Positions 1-7,999 of a stretch of 47,964 bases of DNA are shown piece after piece. The DNA comes from a virus (taxonomy: Duplodnaviria > Caudoviricetes): the IMG/VR virus record IMGVR_UViG_3300005573_000016, positions 1 to 47,964 of that record. One strand, 5' to 3'. Under the pieces are notes generated by a model. That model had not been told where the DNA came from. It did not search any database and was given only the letters and a program-made list of their open reading frames with translations. Both the position numbers and the translations under genes were made by a program. Within the stretch, counting starts at the first letter, position 1, and every line of letters begins with the position of its first letter.

Positions 1-121
1 AGGAGGGAGAGATCGGGGCCACTCGGCATTTCGGCCGCATGCCTCATGCGCATCCCGCCCTGGTCGCCCTGATTTTGGCTCATTGTTCCCGCTTCCTCTC
101 CTCAACGCGTGCGCGCTTCCG
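1..121 (+). repeat. Terminal direct repeat, left copy (identical to 47844-47964)
   Basis: AGGAGGGAGAGATCGGGG...GCGCGCTTCCG occurs at both ends; reading frames continue across the junction. Confidence 0.97.
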
Positions 122-568
122 CTGTAGAGCTGCACGTCGTCGGTCTGTCTCCTCGCGGTGTAGCTGGATTGCCATGGACACAGAGTTGCGCAAGCCACGA
201 TTGGGTGGATTACACTCCTTGGTCATGGCAGAGAGCCCCCCCTGAGAACGAGCGGAGCAACCAGCGTGGTAGGCAACCCCGTAAGCCACGATTGCACCAG
301 GATCGCTCTCTTCGACCGGCTCCCCACAGGCACGGCACGTCGCCGCGTATCCAGCTGCCCACCAAGCCTGCGCCGGGACGTCCTCGTTGGCTTTCCAATA
401 CTCCTCGTAGGCGTCGAGGACCTTAGCCCGACGAACAGAGAACCCCGCGGAAAACGGCTCCTCCTCGCCATAGAAGCGGGCAGCCTCCACGCGGGCCTTC
501 CCGCGAGTCTCAGCGAACCACGCCATGGTCCACTCGCCCGTTGAGACGACCCAAGCCTTGGCTGTCAT
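80..568 (-). CDS. Phage hypothetical protein with CxxC...HxxC zinc-binding motif
   Basis: 162-aa ORF, ATGA-coupled to neighbours on both sides; CRAC...HAGC motif. Confidence 0.75.
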   Translation of the reverse strand: MTAKAWVVSTGEWTMAWFAETRGKARVEAARFYGEEEPFSAGFSVRRAKVLDAYEEYWKANEDVPAQAWWAAGYAATCRACGEPVEESDPGAIVAYGVAYHAGCSARSQGGLSAMTKECNPPNRGLRNSVSMAIQLHREETDRRRAALQRKRARVEERKREQ

Positions 569-735
569 GGGTTGTCGCCGCCTCCCGCTGCACGCTCGCG
601 AACGAGAGACACAACCTCCGCCTGTCCCGTTCCGTCTTGAATCCCGGCCAGGTACTCCGCCAGGTCCGGATTCCCCTTGCTGTTCTTCTGCAGAGAAGCC
701 AAGGGGTCGCCAAACAGTAGAGCTTGTTTGGTCAT
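565..735 (-). CDS. Small hypothetical protein (56 aa, MTKQALLFGDP...), C-terminus resembles the RecT tail; not in the ORF track
   Basis: Fills the gap exactly, with ATGA overlaps at 735/732 and 568/565. Confidence 0.7.
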   Translation of the reverse strand: MTKQALLFGDPLASLQKNSKGNPDLAEYLAGIQDGTGQAEVVSLVRERAAGGGDNP

Positions 736-1232
736 GATCGCGCCTTCTTTCCTATGGAAGCAAGGACACGGTCTGGTTCAGTCCCGTCCAAGAGCTCCTT
801 CAATGCGTCACGGAATGTGGTTACGAACTGTACGGTAACGACGTTGGAAATGTCGTCTATGTTCAAGTTTCTACACATGACGTCCTCGGCGGCATCTGAC
901 ACATAGATGGTCGAAACAAACGCGAAGAGACTGACCATATGCATCAGGCTAAGGTGAGCCTCAAAGGTGAGCTTGTCCGGTTCCAAATGCAGGTACAGGA
1001 TGCCTTGCCCTTCATCCACAGTAGCGCCGCCCTCGGGCACCTCACCTTCTTCCACAAGTTCCGGATCACCCTTACGCGCTGGTTGGGTTTCGAATTTCCC
1101 GCGTGCGTTCAAGCTTTCGGCGATCTCCTTGGCGTCTGCTTCCGTGTAACACACCGCTACAACCCGAGACTTGACGGTCACACACCACTGTAGAAGCTCT
1201 CCAGAAGGCTTCCATCGCGTGATTTCTGCCAC
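732..1232 (-). CDS. Hypothetical protein
   Basis: ORF 732-1265; likely GTG start at 1232 just after the RecT stop, preceded by a G-rich RBS. Confidence 0.7.
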   Translation of the reverse strand: MAEITRWKPSGELLQWCVTVKSRVVAVCYTEADAKEIAESLNARGKFETQPARKGDPELVEEGEVPEGGATVDEGQGILYLHLEPDKLTFEAHLSLMHMVSLFAFVSTIYVSDAAEDVMCRNLNIDDISNVVTVQFVTTFRDALKELLDGTEPDRVLASIGKKARS

Positions 1233-1236
1233 CAAG

Positions 1237-2328
1237 CTACGCACCCCCCGCGTGCGACCGCACAAGCGCCACGACTTCGGCCTGGCCGGCGCCTTCGGCG
1301 ACGCCGGACAGGAGGCTGGACAGTTCCTGCGCTTGTTCTGTCTTTAGGGCCGATACTTCGATCACACCGAAGGGTTCGAGGCATGCGGCGATGGCGCGGC
1401 CGCCCAGGCCGAGGCGACCGAACTGCACCTTCAACGCCTCGTGCGGGCTTTGAGCCTTCGTCGCCGGCGGATTCTCAGGCGCCTGGACTGCCGGTGCTAC
1501 TTCGTGCGGTGCTGCCGTCTCGTCCAGGACCTCCACCGCGGGCGTCACGGTCACGATCCCGTCATCCTCCGCGTCGGGAGCCGCAGGCCGCAGGATCGCC
1601 TCGTCGGCGGCAAAGGCCCGCTGTGTCTGCACGTCCATCGGCAGGTAGCGGTAGTGCGCCCGGACGAGCGTCTTGCGCTCCATCTCCTCCGGCCACTCCA
1701 GCCACGCCCCGGACCGCGGGGCACCCCGCAACGCCTTCTTGCGTCGCCGCTCAATCTCGGCAGGGGTCATGACGGCGATGTAGTGCCCGCCGTCCTGAAA
1801 GCGGACCATCAGGTAGTAGGCCGTGACCGGGCGAGTCTCGTCGAAGCCCGCAGGCTCGTGAACGAGCACGTCTTCGATGCCGCGCCGGTACGTGAACAGG
1901 TCGCCTTCGCGGACCGTGCCCACATAGATGTCCCTGACCCGCGGCGAGCGGTAGATCAGCGCAAGCGCGCCGGTGTAGCCGAGCACCCATTGAGCCTCAA
2001 GCGTCCCATGGTTTCGGTACGGCACGATGAAGGACTGACCGAGCGGGGCGCCGATCTCAAGCCCGAGCTGAGCGCTCCACATGACGGCGCCCAGGAGGCT
2101 GTCGCGCGTGCAAAGGGCGAGCTGCGGGTTCCGGCGGATCTCCGTGAGCGCAAGACGCACAATCCGGGCAGCGTCGACCCCACGCGGGACAGCCCTCCGT
2201 AGCTCCGGCTCCACCTGCTGAAGCCAGGCCCGCACGGTGCGCTGCGGGTCGACCTTGACCGCCTGCGCCTCCTGGACTCGGGCCCTTAGAGCCTCCGTCG
2301 AGGCCTCGGCGGTTCTTGCTTTAGTCAT
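1237..2328 (-). CDS. recT: RecT-family single-strand annealing protein
   Basis: Motifs LALCTRDSLLGAVMWSAQLGLE, SFIVPY, AQWVLGYTG, W..WPEEMERKT; directly downstream of YqaJ; ATG at 2328 with GGAGG RBS. Confidence 0.93.
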   Translation of the reverse strand: MTKARTAEASTEALRARVQEAQAVKVDPQRTVRAWLQQVEPELRRAVPRGVDAARIVRLALTEIRRNPQLALCTRDSLLGAVMWSAQLGLEIGAPLGQSFIVPYRNHGTLEAQWVLGYTGALALIYRSPRVRDIYVGTVREGDLFTYRRGIEDVLVHEPAGFDETRPVTAYYLMVRFQDGGHYIAVMTPAEIERRRKKALRGAPRSGAWLEWPEEMERKTLVRAHYRYLPMDVQTQRAFAADEAILRPAAPDAEDDGIVTVTPAVEVLDETAAPHEVAPAVQAPENPPATKAQSPHEALKVQFGRLGLGGRAIAACLEPFGVIEVSALKTEQAQELSSLLSGVAEGAGQAEVVALVRSHAGGA

Positions 2329-3346
2329 CCTCCGTACCTCCTCCCTTGACCAGCAACCGGCGCTCCGTGCGCGAACGCTCAAACCGCGCTGCAACCTCCG
2401 GTGCCTCGCGCCGAAGCGCCTCCGTGTCCAGAAGGCGCCGCTCGAAGGCCTTCCAGGTCACGGCCACCTGGCCGTCCAGAAGGCCAATCTCGGCCTCGCC
2501 CAAAAACGCCTTGATCCGGTTGGCGGCCTCGGCCTTGCGCTTGCTAGCCGCCTTCTCTTCCTCGCCCGCCTGGCGGTAGGCGGCGAGAAGGTCGCGGGCG
2601 CTGTCGGGAAGGTCGACCTCTCGCCCTAGCTCCGACGCATCATAGAGTCGCGCCAGAAGGCCCGTGTCGGCCTCCGTGGGCTCGGGAAGCACGCCCGCAC
2701 GGATGTACTGCTCCCACCAGTTGGACGCTTGGTCCCAGGCGGACGCGATGAGGGCGTCATCCCTCCAGACGCGCCACGGGCGGAGGTCGCCGTCCACGAA
2801 GGCCACCAGGTAGCCGGAATCCAGGCCCGTGACGCCCAGGTAGTGCATGAGCTGCATGGACGCGTGCGCGGGGGGCTCGTCCTGCCGCCAGGCACTCGCG
2901 GCCCATCCCCCGGACGTCTTGATTTCCAGGACCTCTTGCGGGCCCGCCACTAGGCGGTCGACGTTGGCGAGCATGAGGCTGTTTGTGCGGCTCTGGAGGA
3001 CGGCGTGAACCCGGCGGATCGTGCGCCCCTCCTCGTCGGCCCAAAGCCTCGCCACCGCGTCCTCCAGGTAGCGCCCACGCCGCATGGCGCGCGTGTCGGC
3101 AGGCGGGTCGACCAGGCCCAACTTCTCGGCCGCAAGCTCCATCGGCGACTTGTACGGCGAGAGGCCCAGGATGACCGGAAGGTCACTTCCGCCGATCCCC
3201 GAACGGCGGATGAGAAGCCAGTCTTCTCGCGACAGTCCGTCCGTAGAGACTAGGCGCTTGGCCTGCATGCGCTGGTAGCGTATACTACGCATGGGGTTTC
3301 CCTCTGTCGCACCCGTTGTGGCGGGTGCGTTTTGTGTTGCGCCCAT
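2321..3346 (-). CDS. yqaJ: YqaJ-like viral recombinase / lambda-exonuclease family nuclease
   Basis: WL..RRSGIGGSD, SPYKSP, G..LE, LANVDRL, LEIKT, Q..HYLGVTG motifs. Confidence 0.93.
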   Translation of the reverse strand: MGATQNAPATTGATEGNPMRSIRYQRMQAKRLVSTDGLSREDWLLIRRSGIGGSDLPVILGLSPYKSPMELAAEKLGLVDPPADTRAMRRGRYLEDAVARLWADEEGRTIRRVHAVLQSRTNSLMLANVDRLVAGPQEVLEIKTSGGWAASAWRQDEPPAHASMQLMHYLGVTGLDSGYLVAFVDGDLRPWRVWRDDALIASAWDQASNWWEQYIRAGVLPEPTEADTGLLARLYDASELGREVDLPDSARDLLAAYRQAGEEEKAASKRKAEAANRIKAFLGEAEIGLLDGQVAVTWKAFERRLLDTEALRREAPEVAARFERSRTERRLLVKGGGTEDD

Positions 3347-3679
3347 TCACTCTGCCTCCTTCGCCGCCGCCGCCAGTCCTGCTTCGAGCGCAGCCTTGTA
3401 GACGCGATCCTTAGCCTCATAGGCCGCCTCTTGAGCTGCACGTTCGGCTGCCTCCAGGGCTTCCGCGCCGATGCTTCTGCCAATCAATAGGTAAGCGAGC
3501 TGAGCTTCTACGGCCTCAATCGCGTCCAGGTAGGGCCGGAGCGGAAGATGTTCCGGGTCTCTACGTAACAGTCGGCGAAGTTCGCCATCGGTCCCTGACC
3601 AATGGAGGTAACTAGCAAGAATCTGGGTGTGCTGGTGGGCAAGTTTCACCAAGGTGTCAACGCTATCGATCAAATCCAT
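3347..3679 (-). CDS. Hypothetical helical protein
   Basis: 110-aa ORF with AGGAGG RBS, abuts yqaJ. Confidence 0.75.
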   Translation of the reverse strand: MDLIDSVDTLVKLAHQHTQILASYLHWSGTDGELRRLLRRDPEHLPLRPYLDAIEAVEAQLAYLLIGRSIGAEALEAAERAAQEAAYEAKDRVYKAALEAGLAAAAKEAE

Positions 3680-3778
3680 ACAGAGTTCCTCCTATCTGGG
3701 TCTTGGGCCCTTCGGCCCCCTCGCGGCACGGTAGACGGAGGAAGACCCGTGCCGCCAGGGCGCCGGAGCGCCCACAAG

Positions 3779-4015
3779 TCAACGCGGATCGTTGCGATGC
3801 CAGAGCTTGTGCTCAATCAACTTAGACAGATACATTTCTGGCGCTGCGCTATAAAACTCCGCTACCCACTCACACTTGAGACACGAGGCAATCCTTGCCG
3901 AACTTGGCGGGTTGCTAGAAACGAACAAATCCGTAAGTTCTCCTACCGTGCCTGCCACGGCGCTCCTATCCTCAAGCCGGACAATAAAGTCTGCCGTCTT
4001 TGGCACCCAGACCAC
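3779..4015 (-). CDS. Hypothetical protein
   Basis: GTG start after GGGAGG; part of the tightly packed leftward operon; CxxC...H motif. Confidence 0.55.
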   Translation of the reverse strand: MVWVPKTADFIVRLEDRSAVAGTVGELTDLFVSSNPPSSARIASCLKCEWVAEFYSAAPEMYLSKLIEHKLWHRNDPR

Positions 4016-4017
4016 CC

Positions 4018-4212
4018 CTACTCCCTCCCGTCTGTGCGGACAGTGAGCGATTGCAGCAGTTGGCACACCCGCAGCACATCGCGAGTTGTGAGGCTGCCTC
4101 GCTCACCCGCTGCCACGCACCGCAGTACAGGCCCTGCCGACGTATCGGCCACAGCTGCCATGAGGAGCCATGCGTCAGGCCCGGACCAAACGGTGGAAAG
4201 AGGCCTAGTCAT
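4018..4212 (-). CDS. Hypothetical protein
   Basis: 64-aa ORF with GGAGG RBS overlapping the upstream stop. Confidence 0.55.
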   Translation of the reverse strand: MTRPLSTVWSGPDAWLLMAAVADTSAGPVLRCVAAGERGSLTTRDVLRVCQLLQSLTVRTDGRE

Positions 4213-4468
4213 GGGGAGCCTCCAAAACCGTAGGGAAAGGAATCTCTGGCCCCTCGATGTAGATTGTTCCGGTGGCTTCCTCCTCCAAGAAGCCTACCGT
4301 GTAGTGCGCAGCTCCCGGCTCTAGACCTTCCTCGATGCGCCTTTCGCGCCGGAACAGGCTGAGGCTCCCCCCGTGCTCTGCCACGATCTCGGCCACGGCG
4401 GACCGGATCTTCTCTGCCAGCTCGGCCTCATTCAGTGTTTTTGGGAAGAACCGGAGTTCCATGTACAT
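4205..4468 (-). CDS. Hypothetical protein
   Basis: MYMELRFFPK... start after a GAGGGG RBS. Confidence 0.65.
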   Translation of the reverse strand: MYMELRFFPKTLNEAELAEKIRSAVAEIVAEHGGSLSLFRRERRIEEGLEPGAAHYTVGFLEEEATGTIYIEGPEIPFPTVLEAPHD

Positions 4469-4495
4469 CGCCACCCCTCTCACCCTCCTCACCCC

Positions 4496-4726
4496 TCAAA
4501 GCGACCTGACTTCGGATCGGAAAAGAGAAGCCAATCTCCGGTCCCAAAGCCGCCTCACCGTCGTCCACTCGCCCCGCTCCACGGCCCTGCGGTACGTCGC
4601 CTGCGTGATCGGCTGAGGCGTTCCCCAGTACGGCTCGGCATCGGTGCTCGTGATAACGAACTGACGCCAGTACGTAGGATCTAGGCCTGGTCGCTCCAGG
4701 GCGATGTAGCGGACGATCGGCTTCAC
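4496..4726 (-). CDS. Hypothetical protein (MKPIVRYIALE...)
   Basis: GTG at 4726 with GGAGG RBS; GTGA overlap with the upstream small ORF. Confidence 0.65.
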   Translation of the reverse strand: MKPIVRYIALERPGLDPTYWRQFVITSTDAEPYWGTPQPITQATYRRAVERGEWTTVRRLWDRRLASLFRSEVRSL

Positions 4727-4857
4727 CGGCGACGCCTCCCTCGCCGGCGGGGCTGCCGCACGGCCTGCCGCCCCTTGTGCGGATGGTCCTGGCACGCCCC
4801 CCACCCGCAGACGGGACACGGGGACCCCGGAGCACCGCAAATGCAGCACAGCATCAT
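4723..4857 (-). CDS. Small Cys-rich, Arg-tailed protein (44 aa, MMLCCICGAPGSPCPVCGWGACQDH...); not in the ORF track
   Basis: ATGA overlap with the excisionase stop, GGAGG RBS, CxxC-CxxC-CxxH pattern. Confidence 0.6.
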   Translation of the reverse strand: MMLCCICGAPGSPCPVCGWGACQDHPHKGRQAVRQPRRRGRRRR

Positions 4858-5054
4858 GCCCGCCTCCCCTCCAGGCCGTCGAACCACGCGTAAAAGGCGC
4901 GCCGACTCACGACGCGCCTTCTACCGAGGTAGTGGACAGGCAGGCCACTCTCTGGGGTAAGCACACGGCTGTACACCGTCGACCGCGAGACCCCCATGAC
5001 GCGGGCCATCTCTGCGGGCGTGATATAGGCCGTATCCCCCTCGGAGCGAGCCAT
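4854..5054 (-). CDS. Excisionase-like HTH DNA-binding protein
   Basis: YITPAEMARVMGVSRSTVY...LPVHYLGRRRVV, typical Xis-type winged HTH; first gene after the Cro-like gene. Confidence 0.85.
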   Translation of the reverse strand: MARSEGDTAYITPAEMARVMGVSRSTVYSRVLTPESGLPVHYLGRRRVVSRRAFYAWFDGLEGRRA

Positions 5055-5056
5055 GC

Positions 5057-5332
5057 CTATGCCCCCCCTTGAGCCTTCCGCCGAGAGCCGTTGCGTTCGG
5101 GTGTACGGCCTGATAGAACATTGTCGGGGCCTCGTTCACCATCGAGCTGCCACAGTGCCTCCACCGGCACCCCAAAGTGCTTGGCAACCCGCAGGGCTCG
5201 CTCCAGGGTTGGGGCATTCTGACTCTTTTCCCAGCTGAGCAAGGTGGTCACGGGGACACCCAGTTCCTTGGCGGCTGCCCGCAGGGACTTGCCTCCCCTG
5301 CGGAAGGCCCGAATCGTTGACCGAACGGGCAA
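5057..5332 (-). CDS. Cro-like XRE HTH regulator
   Basis: SLRAAAKELGVPVTTLLSWEK...PTLERALRVAKHFGVPVEAL; TTG start after AGGAGG; divergent from the repressor. Confidence 0.85.
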   Translation of the reverse strand: MPVRSTIRAFRRGGKSLRAAAKELGVPVTTLLSWEKSQNAPTLERALRVAKHFGVPVEALWQLDGERGPDNVLSGRTPERNGSRRKAQGGA

Positions 5333-5414
5333 GGGGAACCCTCCTCTTAGGTTCAAGTGCATTGCACAAATCGAGGATAGGTACACTTACGCCGAACGTC
5401 AAGGGGGCGTGAGC

Positions 5415-5951
5415 ATGGTTGGTGATGTCTTTTCTCGCCGGCTCAAGATGGCAAGAGAAGCCCGTGGCTGGACGAAGGCCGAACTGCTACGCCAGGTGAA
5501 TCGCACCGGGCGCAGCAATGCCACCGCCTGGGAGCACGGCACAGTGCCCGACGCCGACACGGTGCGTGCCCTTGCGGCAAAGTTAGGGGTGTCCCTGGAC
5601 TGGCTGTTTGGACTCGACGAAGTGGCGGGGGCCGAGACAAGATCTCCTCTGGTGTTGGACGAGGCGGTGGCACGGTCGTCCGTCGTCATGTGGGGGGGCA
5701 GGACCGTGACGCTTGTTGAGCGTCGCCGTACGATGGCTGTCCTGCACGCCATGCTCGCCCCGTTGGAAGAACTTACTTATCCACAGAGGAATGCACAGGA
5801 AATTCACAAGGACGAGCCCCAAGCGAAGTCGAAAAATACTCCCCTCCGGGCGACAGAAATAGTTTCGTCGGGGAAAGCGCGCCCGAGACACCGCGCGGGG
5901 GCGGACAACCATGGATCCGTGGACGAGGGTGAGGGACATGGCTCGGCGTGA
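5415..5951 (+). CDS. CI/ImmR-like XRE repressor
   Basis: FSRRLKMAREARGWTKAEL...AWEHG..PDADTVRALAAKLGVSLDWLFG; upstream of the integrase. Confidence 0.85.
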   Translation: MVGDVFSRRLKMAREARGWTKAELLRQVNRTGRSNATAWEHGTVPDADTVRALAAKLGVSLDWLFGLDEVAGAETRSPLVLDEAVARSSVVMWGGRTVTLVERRRTMAVLHAMLAPLEELTYPQRNAQEIHKDEPQAKSKNTPLRATEIVSSGKARPRHRAGADNHGSVDEGEGHGSA

Positions 5952-6156
5952 GGGGGTGCGCATCCGGATAGGGCACCACGGGCTCGGTGGCTACGTTGCA
6001 CGGCTCCTCCGTCATGCGCGCGACGGGCGCATGGTCCTCCTGGTGGCTGACTGGGTACCGCGCCGCGAACAGGCCAGGCACGCTCTGAGATGCCTGGCCG
6101 CTCTGTCTTCTGCAGCCTGGCGCGAGATGGGGGCGCTGGAGAGGGAGGGAGCATAG
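5911..6156 (+). CDS. Small protein resembling the ImmA/IrrE N-terminus but lacking HExxH
   Basis: Lies between repressor and integrase; the pattern ARREGVRI...VLLVADWVPRREQ parallels ImmA proteins. Confidence 0.5.
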   Translation: MDPWTRVRDMARREGVRIRIGHHGLGGYVARLLRHARDGRMVLLVADWVPRREQARHALRCLAALSSAAWREMGALEREGA

Positions 6157-6158
6157 GC

Positions 6159-7352
6159 ATGCGTGGCAGCATCATCGAGCGGGGCGGCCGCCTGTACACG
6201 GTCGTGCGGCCGAAGGACCCGAAAACCGGCAAGAAGCGCGAAATCTGGCGCGTTGTGCCACGGCCAGAAGGGACGGGGAAGCGTGCCTACCGGCAGGCTG
6301 CGGAGGCACAGCTCAGAATGCTGCTGGAGGAGTATGAGGAACGCGGGCACGTGGCGCAGGCGGGGCGGCTCACGCTCGCGCAGCATCTGGAGGACTGGCT
6401 GAGCGCCCGTGAGCGGGAAGGGCTCCGACCAGCAACACTGTCCCTCTATCGCACCATGGTTCGCGCCCGCATCATCCCGGCCGTCGGAGGCCTCGCGCTT
6501 ACCGAGGTGACTCCGGCCGTCGTGCGCCGCTACCTGGCATCACCTGCAGCTACGCAGCTCTTACCCCGGCGTCGCGCCGACGGATCTACCTACGGCCGAA
6601 CAGGTCCGGCCAGCCCGCGTACCGTACAGCTCCAGTACGCGGTGCTCCGGGAGGCTCTGCAGGATGCGGTCAACCTCGAACTCCTTGCACGCAACCCGGC
6701 TGCGCGACTGCATCCGCCGCGCGGTCAGCGGACGCGAGAGCCACGCCGGCTGACCTGGGAGGAACTGCGGGTGTTTCTTTCAGCGGCTGAGCAGGTTTCG
6801 CCCCGCTACTGGGTGCTGTTTCGCCTGGCCGCCACAACGGGCATGCGGGTGGGGAGTCTCCTTGCGCTCCGGTGGGAGGACGTGGACTGGACCCGGGCGG
6901 CCTTGCGGGTGCGAGTAGCCAAGACCGTCACATCGCTCCAGAGCATGCCCTTGGATGCCGACACGATGGCAGCACTCCGGGCACACCGCGACCGGCAGCA
7001 GGAAGAAAGGGAGCGGGCCGGGCCATTCTGGCGCGAGGAAGGATGGGTCTTCGCCAACGAAGAGGGAGGGCCGCCCCGCTACCGGCAGGTCGCGCAGCGT
7101 GAGCTGAGACGGATCGTGGAAGCGGCAGGCATAGGTCCGGTGCGTATGCACGACCTCCGGCACACGGCCGGGTCGCGCATGCTGGAGGCGGGCGTCGACC
7201 CGAGGACCGTCGCGGACCGCCTTGGCCACAAGGATGCTGCATTCTTTCTCAGGACCTACGCGGGGTCACTACCGTCTAGCCACAGGCGCGCGGCCGACCT
7301 CATGGGCGAGAAGCTTCGCCCGCAGTTGGATGGAAGAAACCAAATTGGCTAG
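6159..7352 (+). CDS. int: Tyrosine integrase
   Basis: Catalytic residues R (TGMRVG), K (AKT), HxxR (HDLRH), H (RLGH), Y (RTYA); N-terminal arm-binding-like domain; attP directly downstream. Confidence 0.96.
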   Translation: MRGSIIERGGRLYTVVRPKDPKTGKKREIWRVVPRPEGTGKRAYRQAAEAQLRMLLEEYEERGHVAQAGRLTLAQHLEDWLSAREREGLRPATLSLYRTMVRARIIPAVGGLALTEVTPAVVRRYLASPAATQLLPRRRADGSTYGRTGPASPRTVQLQYAVLREALQDAVNLELLARNPAARLHPPRGQRTREPRRLTWEELRVFLSAAEQVSPRYWVLFRLAATTGMRVGSLLALRWEDVDWTRAALRVRVAKTVTSLQSMPLDADTMAALRAHRDRQQEERERAGPFWREEGWVFANEEGGPPRYRQVAQRELRRIVEAAGIGPVRMHDLRHTAGSRMLEAGVDPRTVADRLGHKDAAFFLRTYAGSLPSSHRRAADLMGEKLRPQLDGRNQIG

Positions 7353-7366
7353 ACGTTGGCTAGACG
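7345..7366 (+). repeat. Integrase arm-type sites: TTGGCTAGACG x2 (also 7610-7631, inverted copy at 7273-7282)
   Basis: Tandem 11-nt repeats on both sides of the att core. Confidence 0.75.
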
Positions 7367-7376
7367 AGACACGAAA

Positions 7377-7400
7377 GGGGCCGCCCAACCGGGCGGCCCC
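7377..7400 (-). terminator. Intrinsic terminator hairpin downstream of the tRNA fragment, possibly bidirectional
   Basis: GGGGCCGCCC-AACC-GGGCGGCCCC perfect 10-bp stem followed by TTT on the minus strand. Confidence 0.75.
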
Positions 7401-7436
7401 AAATCGCGAAAGCCTTGCGGCTGTAGGGTTCTAAGG

Positions 7437-7481
7437 TGGTGGAGCGGAGGGGGATCGAACCCCTGACCTCTTGAATGCCAT
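7437..7481 (-). other. attP core: 3' half of tRNA-Ala(GGC), anticodon loop to CCA
   Basis: Minus strand ATGGCATTCAAGAGGTCAGGGGTTCGATCCCCCTCCGCTCCACCA has the anticodon loop, T-arm (GTTCGATCC) and CCA; the 5' half is absent. Confidence 0.9.
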
Positions 7482-7609
7482 GCACGTCCCCCCATGTCTT
7501 AGGCGTGCTATCCCGTACTGCGGAGTCTAGAAAAAGCCCGGAACAGCGCCGTTTTTACGATCCTCCGACCCTAGAGGCCGCATGGCTCCATAGGGAAAAT
7601 CGAACCGAA

Positions 7610-7631
7610 TTGGCTAGACGCACGCTAGACG
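7610..7631 (+). repeat. Integrase arm-type sites, right pair (TTGGCTAGACG, CACGCTAGACG)
   Basis: Same GCTAGACG core as 7345-7366. Confidence 0.75.
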
Positions 7632-7659
7632 ACGGGATGCCATTTGGTGGAAGGACGCT

Positions 7660-7944
7660 TCAGTACTTATCGATCAGTTTTGTGTGCCAATCGTAGCACC
7701 GCGTAAACTCACCTTCGGCACCACCCTTGACCCACTCCTCAAGTGCCTTGAACAGGCAAAAAGTGTCGCGCCCGTCGAAGTAAATTCCGCTCCAGTCGCC
7801 ACGCCACGCCGACAGGAGAGCCCCTGCTTCCCGCAGGATTATTGATTGTACATGCCGCAAATGGTGGATCTCCTCGATGAGAGCCGGCACGTCTGCCTGA
7901 CCGGTTTCCCGCCACGTTGCAAGGATCGCATCCAGGTCAGCCAT
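7660..7944 (-). CDS. Hypothetical protein
   Basis: 94-aa ORF with AAGGAGG RBS. Confidence 0.75.
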   Translation of the reverse strand: MADLDAILATWRETGQADVPALIEEIHHLRHVQSIILREAGALLSAWRGDWSGIYFDGRDTFCLFKALEEWVKGGAEGEFTRCYDWHTKLIDKY

Positions 7945-7999
7945 ATTTGGCCCTCCTTGTTATGCCATTTGCATCCACGCGCTCGGAGGAGCTTGGGTG

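Noticed and set aside
1-121. Biological terminal repeat of a linear genome
   Set aside because: It falls in the middle of coding sequence and looks like an assembler overlap of a circular contig; cannot be fully excluded without reads.
7437-7481. Functional tRNA-Ala gene
   Set aside because: The 5' acceptor strand, D-arm and matching 5' anticodon stem are missing; it is the attP core.
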